Origin: Flavobacteriales bacterium UBA952 | GTDB lineage: Bacteria; Bacteroidota; Bacteroidia; Flavobacteriales_D; Crocinitomicaceae | Reading direction: 5' to 3' | Length of the DNA: 64,000 nt | Assembly (NCBI GenBank): GCA_905182495.1 | Contig: CAJJBU010000004.1 | Location: 101,536 to 165,535, forward strand | Shown here: in pieces, positions 18,089-26,335 of the stretch | Layout: each line of letters starts with the position of its first letter | How positions within the stretch are numbered: position 1 is the stretch's first letter | Program-made: the position numbers and the translations under genes | The notes under the pieces: generated by a model | The model's input: the letters and a program-made list of their open reading frames with translations, nothing else | Database searches by the model: none | Told to the model about the DNA's origin: nothing

Positions 18089-19132
18089 TTGAAACGAATG
18101 ATTGAGACCAATTCTGAAGCATATTCTAAAGAAACGAACCCGTCCGAGCACTTAAGGAAGCTCAACGCAGAAATAGCTATAGAGAAGATCCTTCTTGATC
18201 AACTCAGGGCGGAGATTGCTAGAGTAGTAATTGGTCAAAAGGGTATGATTGATTCATTATTAATTGCTCTTTTGACTGAAGGGCATGTGCTCCTTGAGGG
18301 GTTACCGGGTTTGGCGAAGACTTTAGCGGTTAAATCTTTGGCTCAAACTATGGATCTTGATTTTAGTAGAATACAATTTACACCTGATTTACTTCCTGCG
18401 GATGTTACAGGAACAATGATATATCAGCAAAAATCAGATGCTTTCACAGTAAGAAAGGGACCTGTGTTCACCTCTTTTTTATTGGCCGACGAAATAAACA
18501 GAGCACCAGCGAAGGTTCAGAGTGCTCTGCTTGAAGCCATGCAGGAAGGGCAAGTTACAATTGGAGATGAGACCTTTGAATTACCGTCGCCTTTTTTAGT
18601 GATGGCTACTCAAAATCCAATAGAACAAGAAGGAACTTATGTGCTTCCAGAAGCACAAAAAGATAGGTTTTTATTAAAGATAAAAGTTAGTTATCCTAGT
18701 GCAGCAGAAGAGCAAGAGATCATACATTCACATATTCAATCTGAGGAAAAAAAGCCACTTCGAAAAATTGTATCCAAAAAGGACATTATTCGATTAAAAG
18801 CAATAGTAAAGCAAGTGTATTTGGATGAAAAAATAGAAAGGTATATCGTCGATATTATTCAACAGACAAGAAAGCCAAGCATTCAAGCTTTAGAGCCATT
18901 AAAACCTTATTTGATTTTTGGTTCCTCCCCAAGAGGGGGCATAGGACTTGCAGTTGCGGCAAAAGCGCATGCATTTATGGAGGGAAGGTCCTTCGTTATC
19001 CCTGATGATGTCAAGGTGATGGCCGTTCGCGTATTACACCATAGGATAGGACTTTCTTATGAAGCAGAAATGGACCAGATTAGTGCAGAAGATATAATCG
19101 AAAAAGTAATTCAATACGTAGAAGTACCTTGA
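18089..19132 (+). CDS. MoxR-family AAA+ ATPase
   Basis: Walker A LLEGLPGLAKT, Walker B LLADEINRA and the MoxR-like C-terminus. The track start is a TTG at 18089, with an alternative ATG at 18098. Confidence 0.9.
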   Translation: MKRMIETNSEAYSKETNPSEHLRKLNAEIAIEKILLDQLRAEIARVVIGQKGMIDSLLIALLTEGHVLLEGLPGLAKTLAVKSLAQTMDLDFSRIQFTPDLLPADVTGTMIYQQKSDAFTVRKGPVFTSFLLADEINRAPAKVQSALLEAMQEGQVTIGDETFELPSPFLVMATQNPIEQEGTYVLPEAQKDRFLLKIKVSYPSAAEEQEIIHSHIQSEEKKPLRKIVSKKDIIRLKAIVKQVYLDEKIERYIVDIIQQTRKPSIQALEPLKPYLIFGSSPRGGIGLAVAAKAHAFMEGRSFVIPDDVKVMAVRVLHHRIGLSYEAEMDQISAEDIIEKVIQYVEVP

Positions 19133-19992
19133 GCCTAAAGGAACTCATACGGTCAGTGCGAAGGATTCAATTCAAATCCCAAGGTTTAACCAATCAAAAA
19201 AGATTGGGTGAGGTTTCCAGCTCATTCAAAGGTTTTGGGATGAATTTTAGTGAAGTGCGTGAATACCAATTTGGTGATGAAACGAGGTTTATTGATTGGA
19301 ATGTCACGGCTAGATATAACCGCCCTCATGTTAAGGTTTTTGAAGAGGAGCGCGAGCAAGTTAATATGTTGATGATTGATGTATCAAAATCAATGGATTT
19401 TCAAAGTGATCAAAAATCTAAAAAACAGACGCTCATCGAATTATTTGCAACCATTTCTTTCTCTTGTGCATTTAATAAGGACCGAGTCGGCGCTATTTTT
19501 TTCTCGGACAAGGTCGAGCGGTATTTTGAGCCAAAGGCGGGTATTAAAAATATATGGATGATTGCAATGGAGCTGATAGAGTGGGAGAGCAGGGCGAAGC
19601 ATTCCGAACTGATTGTTCCGCTTTCGTTTCTAAGGTCTTTAAAACTAAAAAAATACCGACTTTTCTTATTGAGCGATTTTCATTTTGAGGATACAGAAAA
19701 GCAGGTAGAAGCCTTGGTGAAAACTAAAAGAAAAAATAGAATTTATGTACTTAATGTCCGACAAAATCTAGAAACGGCATTGCCTCTTAGGGGTTTTTAC
19801 CAGCTCATTAACTCCGAGACAGGCTCAAAGACTTGGCATAATGGGTTTTCAAATAAAATCAGAAATAGATTGTCTGACCAAACTGAGACCCTAAAAACAT
19901 ATTGGAAAAATCAATGCAGAAAAAGCAATATGCATTATATGGAACTGACGAGTCAAGATGATATTTTTAAAAAGTTAAATAAATTGATTTGA
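19129..19992 (+). CDS. DUF58 domain-containing protein
   Basis: FKGFGMNFSEVREYQFGDETRFIDWNVTAR is the DUF58 signature, and this family is the usual MoxR partner. The TTG start overlaps the moxR stop (TTGA at 19129-19132). Confidence 0.85.
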   Translation: MSLKELIRSVRRIQFKSQGLTNQKRLGEVSSSFKGFGMNFSEVREYQFGDETRFIDWNVTARYNRPHVKVFEEEREQVNMLMIDVSKSMDFQSDQKSKKQTLIELFATISFSCAFNKDRVGAIFFSDKVERYFEPKAGIKNIWMIAMELIEWESRAKHSELIVPLSFLRSLKLKKYRLFLLSDFHFEDTEKQVEALVKTKRKNRIYVLNVRQNLETALPLRGFYQLINSETGSKTWHNGFSNKIRNRLSDQTETLKTYWKNQCRKSNMHYMELTSQDDIFKKLNKLI

Positions 19993-20936
19993 TAAAAACG
20001 AAGCTCATTTTATTTTTTATACTAGTCGCAATTACTGCGATAGGTCAAGAAATCGTAACTGTTGAAGTTTCTTCTGACTCTCCTAGGGTTGGCGATGTTT
20101 TTCAAATCAAATGCACAGTCGAAGATTCAAATGGCTTTCCTGAAAAAATGCAAAAGGAAAGTTTTTATCCTGCTCGGTATCTTTCTGTGGATACCTCTAT
20201 TCATGAAACCCTATGCAAGGATGTAGAGATATTAAAAACTGCTGATCGTAGTTTTGTAATTGATGGAACGCGTTTTTATCGTAAAACATATGACGTTATC
20301 GCTTGGGATTCATGTGAGTTGTCATTGGTTGGATTTGACTATCGCATTGGAGACAGTGTGAGGAGGTCACAGCAAGTTTATATAAACGTTTCCTTTTATG
20401 CGCAAAAAGATAATATTGAAATATATGATATTAAAGAGGCTTTTTCGGATTGGAATTCACATGCTCAGAAATTCAAGTTTGCGACTACTATTTATTTGAT
20501 CTTAACAATGATGGCCCTTTTTCTTATTTTCCTTTTTATTTGGTTCCGATATTTCAAAAAAGACAAGAACATTGAAACACACCTTTCTATTGAGCAGAAA
20601 ACATTGTCTGGTATACAAGCCCTATATGCAGATGAGTTATGGCATAAAAACAGGCTTCAAGAACATTTCGTGCAGTTTTCATTTCTTCTTAGAGACTATT
20701 TGACACTGCGGTTTGGGGTTTCTTTTCTAGAGAAGACAACACTTCAATCTAAAATACTTTTAAAGAATCTTGAGATTAATGAGGGTATTAGAAGTCAAAT
20801 TGAAAAACTGTTGAACGCTTCGGACTACGTTAAATTTGCGGATTCAACAATTTCCGATGAACAAATAGAGCTCTTAAAATCTGAATTAATTAAAATTGTT
20901 CATGACACGACACCTGTAATAATAGAAGATAAATGA
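19989..20936 (+). CDS. Bat-operon membrane protein (signal peptide, extracytoplasmic domain, one TM, DUF4381-like cytoplasmic tail)
   Basis: Signal peptide MIKTKLILFFILVAITAIGQE and a central TM (TIYLILTMMALFLIFLFIWF). The C-terminal helical part ends in ...LLNASDYVKFADS. The TTG start overlaps the DUF58 stop (TTGA). Confidence 0.6.
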   Translation: MIKTKLILFFILVAITAIGQEIVTVEVSSDSPRVGDVFQIKCTVEDSNGFPEKMQKESFYPARYLSVDTSIHETLCKDVEILKTADRSFVIDGTRFYRKTYDVIAWDSCELSLVGFDYRIGDSVRRSQQVYINVSFYAQKDNIEIYDIKEAFSDWNSHAQKFKFATTIYLILTMMALFLIFLFIWFRYFKKDKNIETHLSIEQKTLSGIQALYADELWHKNRLQEHFVQFSFLLRDYLTLRFGVSFLEKTTLQSKILLKNLEINEGIRSQIEKLLNASDYVKFADSTISDEQIELLKSELIKIVHDTTPVIIEDK

Positions 20937-21958
20937 ATTGGTTAATTCAAAATACGGGGTATGATTTCCTAGAGCCAAATTGGTTTTATTTATTGCTCTT
21001 GTTGCCTCTTTTTATTATTGCGCTTGTCTTGCTAGAGCGGCGTCAATTCCATGGTGTTGCATTCATCCAAACTGAATCCTCTCAGGAATTAATTCAATCA
21101 TCTTTCACTCAATATTTGCGCCATTTCTTATTTGTTTTAAAAATCGTGTTTTTTGTGTTAGTTATTTTGACTCTGGCACACCCTTTTTCCTGGGAGAATC
21201 AGCGACAGAGTGATGCAATCAATGCGACGGGTATTGATATACTCTTTGTTTTAGATGTTTCTGAATCCATGCAAGCTATGGATTTGAAACCCAATCGTTT
21301 GAATTCGGCAAAAAAGGTGATCGAACAATTTGTAAACAATAGGAAGCATGATCGTATTGGCTTGGTGGCTTATGCAGGAGAAGCATATTCAGTATGTCCT
21401 AAAACAACTGATCACGGGTTGCTTTTAGAACAGCTTTCTAGAGTCAATGGTGAGGAGATGGTTCCTGGGACTGCCATTGGAATTGGTCTCGGGACAGCAG
21501 TTGCCCAATTAAAAGGGGATAGTACAGAATCAAAAGCAATTATTCTTTTAACGGATGGAACAAATAATAGGGGGGATATTGCTCCTTTGGAGGCTGCCGC
21601 CCTTGCTAAAGGCGAAAATATTCGGGTTTATTGCATTGGCGTTGGCACCAATGGTTTTGCAGCCATGCCAGATTCTTCTCCTTTTGGTATGGGTTATTTC
21701 TATGCTCCTGTCGAAATAGACGAGGAGGTTCTTCAAGAAATTTCTGGCTTAACAGGTGCGAAATATTTTAGGGCAACCAACTCTAGCTCTTTAGCAAAAG
21801 TCATTTCGGAGATTGATCAGATAGAGAAAAAGAGAATCAAAATACAACCAGATATACAGGCGTCGATAGCTATTCCAGAGTTTTTATTATTCTCGATTCT
21901 GTTTTTGAGTACCCTCCTTTTTAGTATTGACTTTTTTTTATTTAAAGGCCATGAGTAA
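20933..21958 (+). CDS. batA: VWA domain-containing protein BatA
   Basis: Two N-terminal TM helices, a VWA MIDAS motif (DVSESM), a C-terminal TM, and the expected position in the operon. ATGA overlap with the previous gene. Confidence 0.85.
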   Translation: MNWLIQNTGYDFLEPNWFYLLLLLPLFIIALVLLERRQFHGVAFIQTESSQELIQSSFTQYLRHFLFVLKIVFFVLVILTLAHPFSWENQRQSDAINATGIDILFVLDVSESMQAMDLKPNRLNSAKKVIEQFVNNRKHDRIGLVAYAGEAYSVCPKTTDHGLLLEQLSRVNGEEMVPGTAIGIGLGTAVAQLKGDSTESKAIILLTDGTNNRGDIAPLEAAALAKGENIRVYCIGVGTNGFAAMPDSSPFGMGYFYAPVEIDEEVLQEISGLTGAKYFRATNSSSLAKVISEIDQIEKKRIKIQPDIQASIAIPEFLLFSILFLSTLLFSIDFFLFKGHE

Positions 21959-23012
21959 AAGGCATACAAATCGCTGGTCTAGTGTTTGGAAAGTATTTCT
22001 TCTAGACCTTATTTCCTCAATACTTATTCTTGCCGTAATACAAAATTTTTTCTTAAAAGGTCTGGTTTTTCAAAACCCGAGTATATTATATCTTCTACTT
22101 CTTCTGGTCCCGGCATATTTATTTTTTATTCAAGATCACAAAGTAATCTTATCGCAACTGGAGAGCCATCGTCATTCAAAAAGGCACTCCTATAAGTTCT
22201 TAGCCCTTAAGTTTTGTTTCATTGGTTTATTATTTGGAGCGTCAGATCCCGTTATAGGAATTGAAAATACGACTATCGCTTCAAAGGAAGGGGACATCAT
22301 GGTTTGTCTTGATCTATCACGATCCATGGATGTTAAAGACATTGAAGGCATAAGTAGGTTGGAGGCAGGACGTCATTTATTAAAGGCTTTGGTTAGTAAA
22401 TTGTCAGGACAGAGGATAGGACTTTGTATTTTTGCTCAAAATGCAATGATTGAGCTCCCTTTGACTAGGGATTATGACCGATTTAAATTAATGGTTTCTG
22501 AGGTGAACACGGATCATTTTAGTAATCAAGGAACGGATGTAGGAGGCGCTCTTCAAACGGCTAAGGGTACTTTTGAAAGCGAAAAATTGAATAATGTGAT
22601 ACTCCTTTTAACAGATGGAGAAGATCACGAACCTGAGAGTAATCAAATTTATGATTCGATTGCTAATTCAAATATTAAGTTGATTTCAGTTGCTATTGGA
22701 TCAAAATCCGGTGGCCCTCTTCTAAAACCTGGAACTGCTTCTATGAGGCTTGATGATGCAGGGAATTTAATCTTATCGAAAGTCAACCTTTCCTTTGTTA
22801 AGAATTTATCAGAACTCACAAATGGCGTTTGGTTTCATGCCGAGGAGCGTTATCCAGCTACAGATTTTATATTAACAGAAATTAACCTCAGTTCAAATGG
22901 ATATTTGCGAGATTTGACCTTTAAGATAGAGCGAAGGGTGTACTTATATACCCCTACTTTTAGCCCTTGCTTCTTTTTGTCTTTATGTATTGTTTCCATT
23001 GTTATTCATTGA
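21951..23012 (+). CDS. batB: VWA domain-containing protein BatB
   Basis: N-terminal TM helices and a VWA MIDAS motif (DLSRSM ... LLTDGEDH). I prefer the ATG at 21951 (MSKRHTNRW...), which overlaps the batA stop. Confidence 0.8.
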   Translation: MSKRHTNRWSSVWKVFLLDLISSILILAVIQNFFLKGLVFQNPSILYLLLLLVPAYLFFIQDHKVILSQLESHRHSKRHSYKFLALKFCFIGLLFGASDPVIGIENTTIASKEGDIMVCLDLSRSMDVKDIEGISRLEAGRHLLKALVSKLSGQRIGLCIFAQNAMIELPLTRDYDRFKLMVSEVNTDHFSNQGTDVGGALQTAKGTFESEKLNNVILLLTDGEDHEPESNQIYDSIANSNIKLISVAIGSKSGGPLLKPGTASMRLDDAGNLILSKVNLSFVKNLSELTNGVWFHAEERYPATDFILTEINLSSNGYLRDLTFKIERRVYLYTPTFSPCFFLSLCIVSIVIH

Positions 23013-23019
23013 AACCAAA

Positions 23020-23678
23020 ATGAAAGGTTCATAATTTTCTTTTATTAGTTTGTATTCATGGGCTTTGTTGGTCACAGTCCTTTATGGATACTGCCTTTTT
23101 TGCACAAAAACAATATAAATTGAAGAACTACCTAGGTGCATTATCGTCCTATGAAAGTGCCCAGAAAATGCAAATTACAGAAAAAGACACAAGGAATTTA
23201 AATGAGATAGCCATTGAATTAGGGCAGGCTACTTACAAGACAGGAGATTATAAACAAGCCATTGAAAATTTCGAAAAGGCTATCTAAAATGAAGCCAAGC
23301 AAGAAAACTATAGGCGCACTTTATTATAACCTAGGTAATGCGAGTTATATGTCGGGTAATACTCAAAAGGCGATTGAATATTATAAGCAAGGAATCAAGG
23401 CGTCGCCCGAAGATCTTCAAATGAAGTACAATTTATCTCAGGTCTTGCGTAAAAAAGCAGCACAGAAAAAGCAGTCTAATGAACAGGGACAACAAACAGA
23501 AAATGTGAAAAGTGATCTTAGTGCAGGCTCGGAAAAAAACACAAAACCATCAAAGTATTCTTTTGAAGATCAACAAAAACAAAAGCTATTAAATGATTTA
23601 CTAAGGAACGCGGCGAATACAAAAAGAAGGTTAGAAAAAAAGAAAAAAACTCCGTCACCAAAGGCTAAGGATTGGTAA
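23020..23678 (+). pseudogene. batC: TPR protein BatC, disrupted by two +1 frameshifts
   Basis: The ATG at 23020 opens a 4-codon frame (MKGS*). The next frame encodes a signal-peptide-like KVHNFLLLVCIHGLCWSQSF running into track ORF 23084..23287 (TPR: ...YKTGDYKQAIENFEKAI*). Track ORF 23262..23678 then continues the TPR in the next frame (...SKMKPSKKTIGALYYNLGNASYMSGNTQKAIEYYKQGIKASPED...). Confidence 0.75.
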
Positions 23679-25354
23679 TGAAAATAGTATTGTACATATC
23701 GTTTATCATTTGTTTTACTTGTGCGATCGCACAAAAGCCGGTTGTACAACTTAAGGTATCAAACATACAGCCGATGGTCGGTGAGTTGATCACGATTCAA
23801 ATGACTTCAAACCTAGGCAGTGTATTTGAGGTTAAATTCCCAACCGCTTTTACAAGCAGAGAAGAAGTAAATGGAATGCGTCAAGAATATATTAACGGTA
23901 GGAGTAATACCGTTTATTATCAGACTTTAAGTGGTTTTTTCGTTACATCAGGCAATTATATTTTAGGCCCCGTATATGTCAAGGGGCGTACAAAAAAAAT
24001 CAAGTCAAATAAAGTTGAGATTTCTGTTAGTACTGACAAGAAAGAAGGTGAATTAAAAGGAAAAAAGAATACTCCTCAAGCCAACAAGCCTCCAGTTTTT
24101 GCTCAGACAGAGTGCTCGTCTCTTCAGATCTATAGAGGTCAATCGGTCAGCCTCAAATCAAAAGTATACTCTAAAAAAGAATTTACTGGAATACGACATT
24201 ACGAAGCTTATACGATTGTGGGGAAACATGAGGCATATGAGTTGAAAGCGCCTAAAGAATTAGATTGGCTAAAGGTAAATCTAGATGGTCAGGCATACTT
24301 GAAGTTACAGTTTGAGGAAAAGGTGATCTTTCCGAATGAATTAGGAGAACTCTCGATTTCCCCTTTTGAGATGATTTTGACTGGCTACGGGAGTTATATG
24401 GTTAGGTCAAAGGCGAATACTATTGAGGTTGTGGACCTTCCCGCCAAAGGACAGCCCTATGATTTCTCAGGCCTAGTAGGTAGATTTGAAGTAAATACGA
24501 CATTATCAGATTCAATTGCCAAGACTCAAGATATTGTTTCTTTGACCATTGAAATCGATGGTATCGGTAACCTTCAGCATGCAATGGTTCCTGAAATTAA
24601 ATTACCCAAGCAGCTTGAGTTATACTCTGACCCAATCATTACGAAGAATTACAAGATAGGTGTCGATGGATTTAAAGGAAATGTGATTTTCACATATCCA
24701 ATAAGAGTTCTCGAGCAAGTAAGCAGTGTAATTGAACCTATTTCAATTTCTTATTTTGATCTAGATTCAAATCAATATATAACAGTTAATGGAATGGAGA
24801 TTGTATTGAATCCATCGGGATTGAACGACTCTATTATTGAAGGTTCAAAAAAAGACCCATCGGAATATGTAAAGCCAAAGCCTATGGGGTCTCCCTCTAT
24901 TATAAAAGAGGAATCGAATATTAACTTCCTAATGTTTTTGGGGGGCGCTTCAGTACTTTTATTTTTGTTTTTCTTTTATAGAAGAAAATGGAAATCCGAT
25001 GCGATAAATCATACTGCTTATCATGTCCCCAAATTATCCACAGTTCAAAAACAGATAAAATCTGCCGTAGATCCATTAATTGAGGAGTCAGAGTCGCTTC
25101 CTAAAATGGAGCATTGTTTGTTTACGCTGTGTTCTTTTCTGCTCTCTCAGGATAGTTTGAAATTGTCACGGAATGAGATTTATTTATTTTTATCAAAGCA
25201 AATAAGTCAAGAACAGATTGATGATATTCGCTCATTATTCACTTCTATTGACGAGAAGAGGTATGCTCAAGGCTTGTCCCAGTCATCTTTTACGCAATTC
25301 CAATTAAGTTTTAAAGAGCGTGTATTAACCATTTTGAAATTGGCTTCTAATTAA
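23678..25354 (+). CDS. batD: BatD-family protein
   Basis: Signal peptide MKIVLYISFIICFTCAIAQ, a large extracytoplasmic beta-rich region, a late TM (FLMFLGGASVLLFLFFFY) and a helical tail, in the expected operon position. The ATG at 23678 overlaps the batC stop. Confidence 0.75.
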   Translation: MKIVLYISFIICFTCAIAQKPVVQLKVSNIQPMVGELITIQMTSNLGSVFEVKFPTAFTSREEVNGMRQEYINGRSNTVYYQTLSGFFVTSGNYILGPVYVKGRTKKIKSNKVEISVSTDKKEGELKGKKNTPQANKPPVFAQTECSSLQIYRGQSVSLKSKVYSKKEFTGIRHYEAYTIVGKHEAYELKAPKELDWLKVNLDGQAYLKLQFEEKVIFPNELGELSISPFEMILTGYGSYMVRSKANTIEVVDLPAKGQPYDFSGLVGRFEVNTTLSDSIAKTQDIVSLTIEIDGIGNLQHAMVPEIKLPKQLELYSDPIITKNYKIGVDGFKGNVIFTYPIRVLEQVSSVIEPISISYFDLDSNQYITVNGMEIVLNPSGLNDSIIEGSKKDPSEYVKPKPMGSPSIIKEESNINFLMFLGGASVLLFLFFFYRRKWKSDAINHTAYHVPKLSTVQKQIKSAVDPLIEESESLPKMEHCLFTLCSFLLSQDSLKLSRNEIYLFLSKQISQEQIDDIRSLFTSIDEKRYAQGLSQSSFTQFQLSFKERVLTILKLASN

Positions 25355-25461
25355 CTCCATAAGCTTTTTTTTAATAATTTTCGAACCTTTTTTAAAAATA
25401 ATAGTAAAAAACATCCAACCTTGGCGAATTTTCATCGTCTTAAGTGTAAATGTGATAGAAC

Positions 25462-26334
25462 ATGAGACAATTAAAAATTGCAAAACAAGTAACGAACCGC
25501 GAGACGGCATCATTAGATAAGTACCTCCAAGAAATTGGACGTGTAGATTTAATATCTGCCGATGAAGAGGTGGAATTAGCGCAGAGAATTAAAGCGGGAG
25601 ATCGTCAAGCACTAGAACGTCTTACGAAGGCGAACCTGCGTTTTGTGGTTTCAGTCTCTAAACAATACCAAAATCAAGGATTGACCTTATCGGATTTAAT
25701 TAATGAAGGAAATCTAGGTTTAATTAAAGCGGCTGAACGTTTTGATGAAACCCGGGGTTTTAAATTTATTTCCTATGCGGTATGGTGGATTCGTCAATCT
25801 ATTTTACAAGCGCTTGCAGAGCAAGCAAGAATTGTACGTCTTCCACTCAATAAGATTGGAAATATTAATAAGATAAATAGAGCTTTCTCAGAGCTAGAAC
25901 AAAAATTAGAGCGCCCGCCATCTGCGGATGAACTTGCTGAAGTATTAGATTGTACACCTCAAGAAGTAAAGCAATCTCTCTCTCAAAACGGACGACACAT
26001 ATCTATGGATGCACCGCTCGTAGAGGGGGATGATTCATCATCAAGTATGTACGATGTAATGGGTAGTAAAGACTCCTTGCCTAGTCCTGAGTCAAATCTT
26101 GTACTAGAATCTCTTAGGAGCGACATACGACAGTCTTTAAAAACCTTAACACCTCGTGAAAGTGAAGTTGTTAGTATGTTCTATGGCTTGGAAGGTAAAA
26201 TGCCTTTATCGCTTGAAGAAATAGGAGATCGTTTTGACTTGACCAGAGAACGGGTTCGACAAATTAAGGAGAAAGCAATTCGAAGGCTGAAACATACTTC
26301 CAAAAATGTAATTCTTAAGTCTTATCTCGGATAG
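25462..26334 (+). CDS. rpoD: RNA polymerase primary sigma factor (Bacteroidota short sigma-70)
   Basis: Regions 2-4 are recognisable: [49 protein letters not shown] and [28 protein letters not shown]. Confidence 0.9.
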   Translation: MRQLKIAKQVTNRETASLDKYLQEIGRVDLISADEEVELAQRIKAGDRQALERLTKANLRFVVSVSKQYQNQGLTLSDLINEGNLGLIKAAERFDETRGFKFISYAVWWIRQSILQALAEQARIVRLPLNKIGNINKINRAFSELEQKLERPPSADELAEVLDCTPQEVKQSLSQNGRHISMDAPLVEGDDSSSSMYDVMGSKDSLPSPESNLVLESLRSDIRQSLKTLTPRESEVVSMFYGLEGKMPLSLEEIGDRFDLTRERVRQIKEKAIRRLKHTSKNVILKSYLG

Positions 26335-26335
26335 C

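Noticed and set aside
25325-25513. A 62-aa minus-strand ORF spanning the batD end and the rpoD start, and the 59781..59987 ORF antisense to the CDO start.
   Set aside because: Both overlap the ends of confidently called genes, have no motifs, and lie in what should be promoter or 5' regions of those genes.
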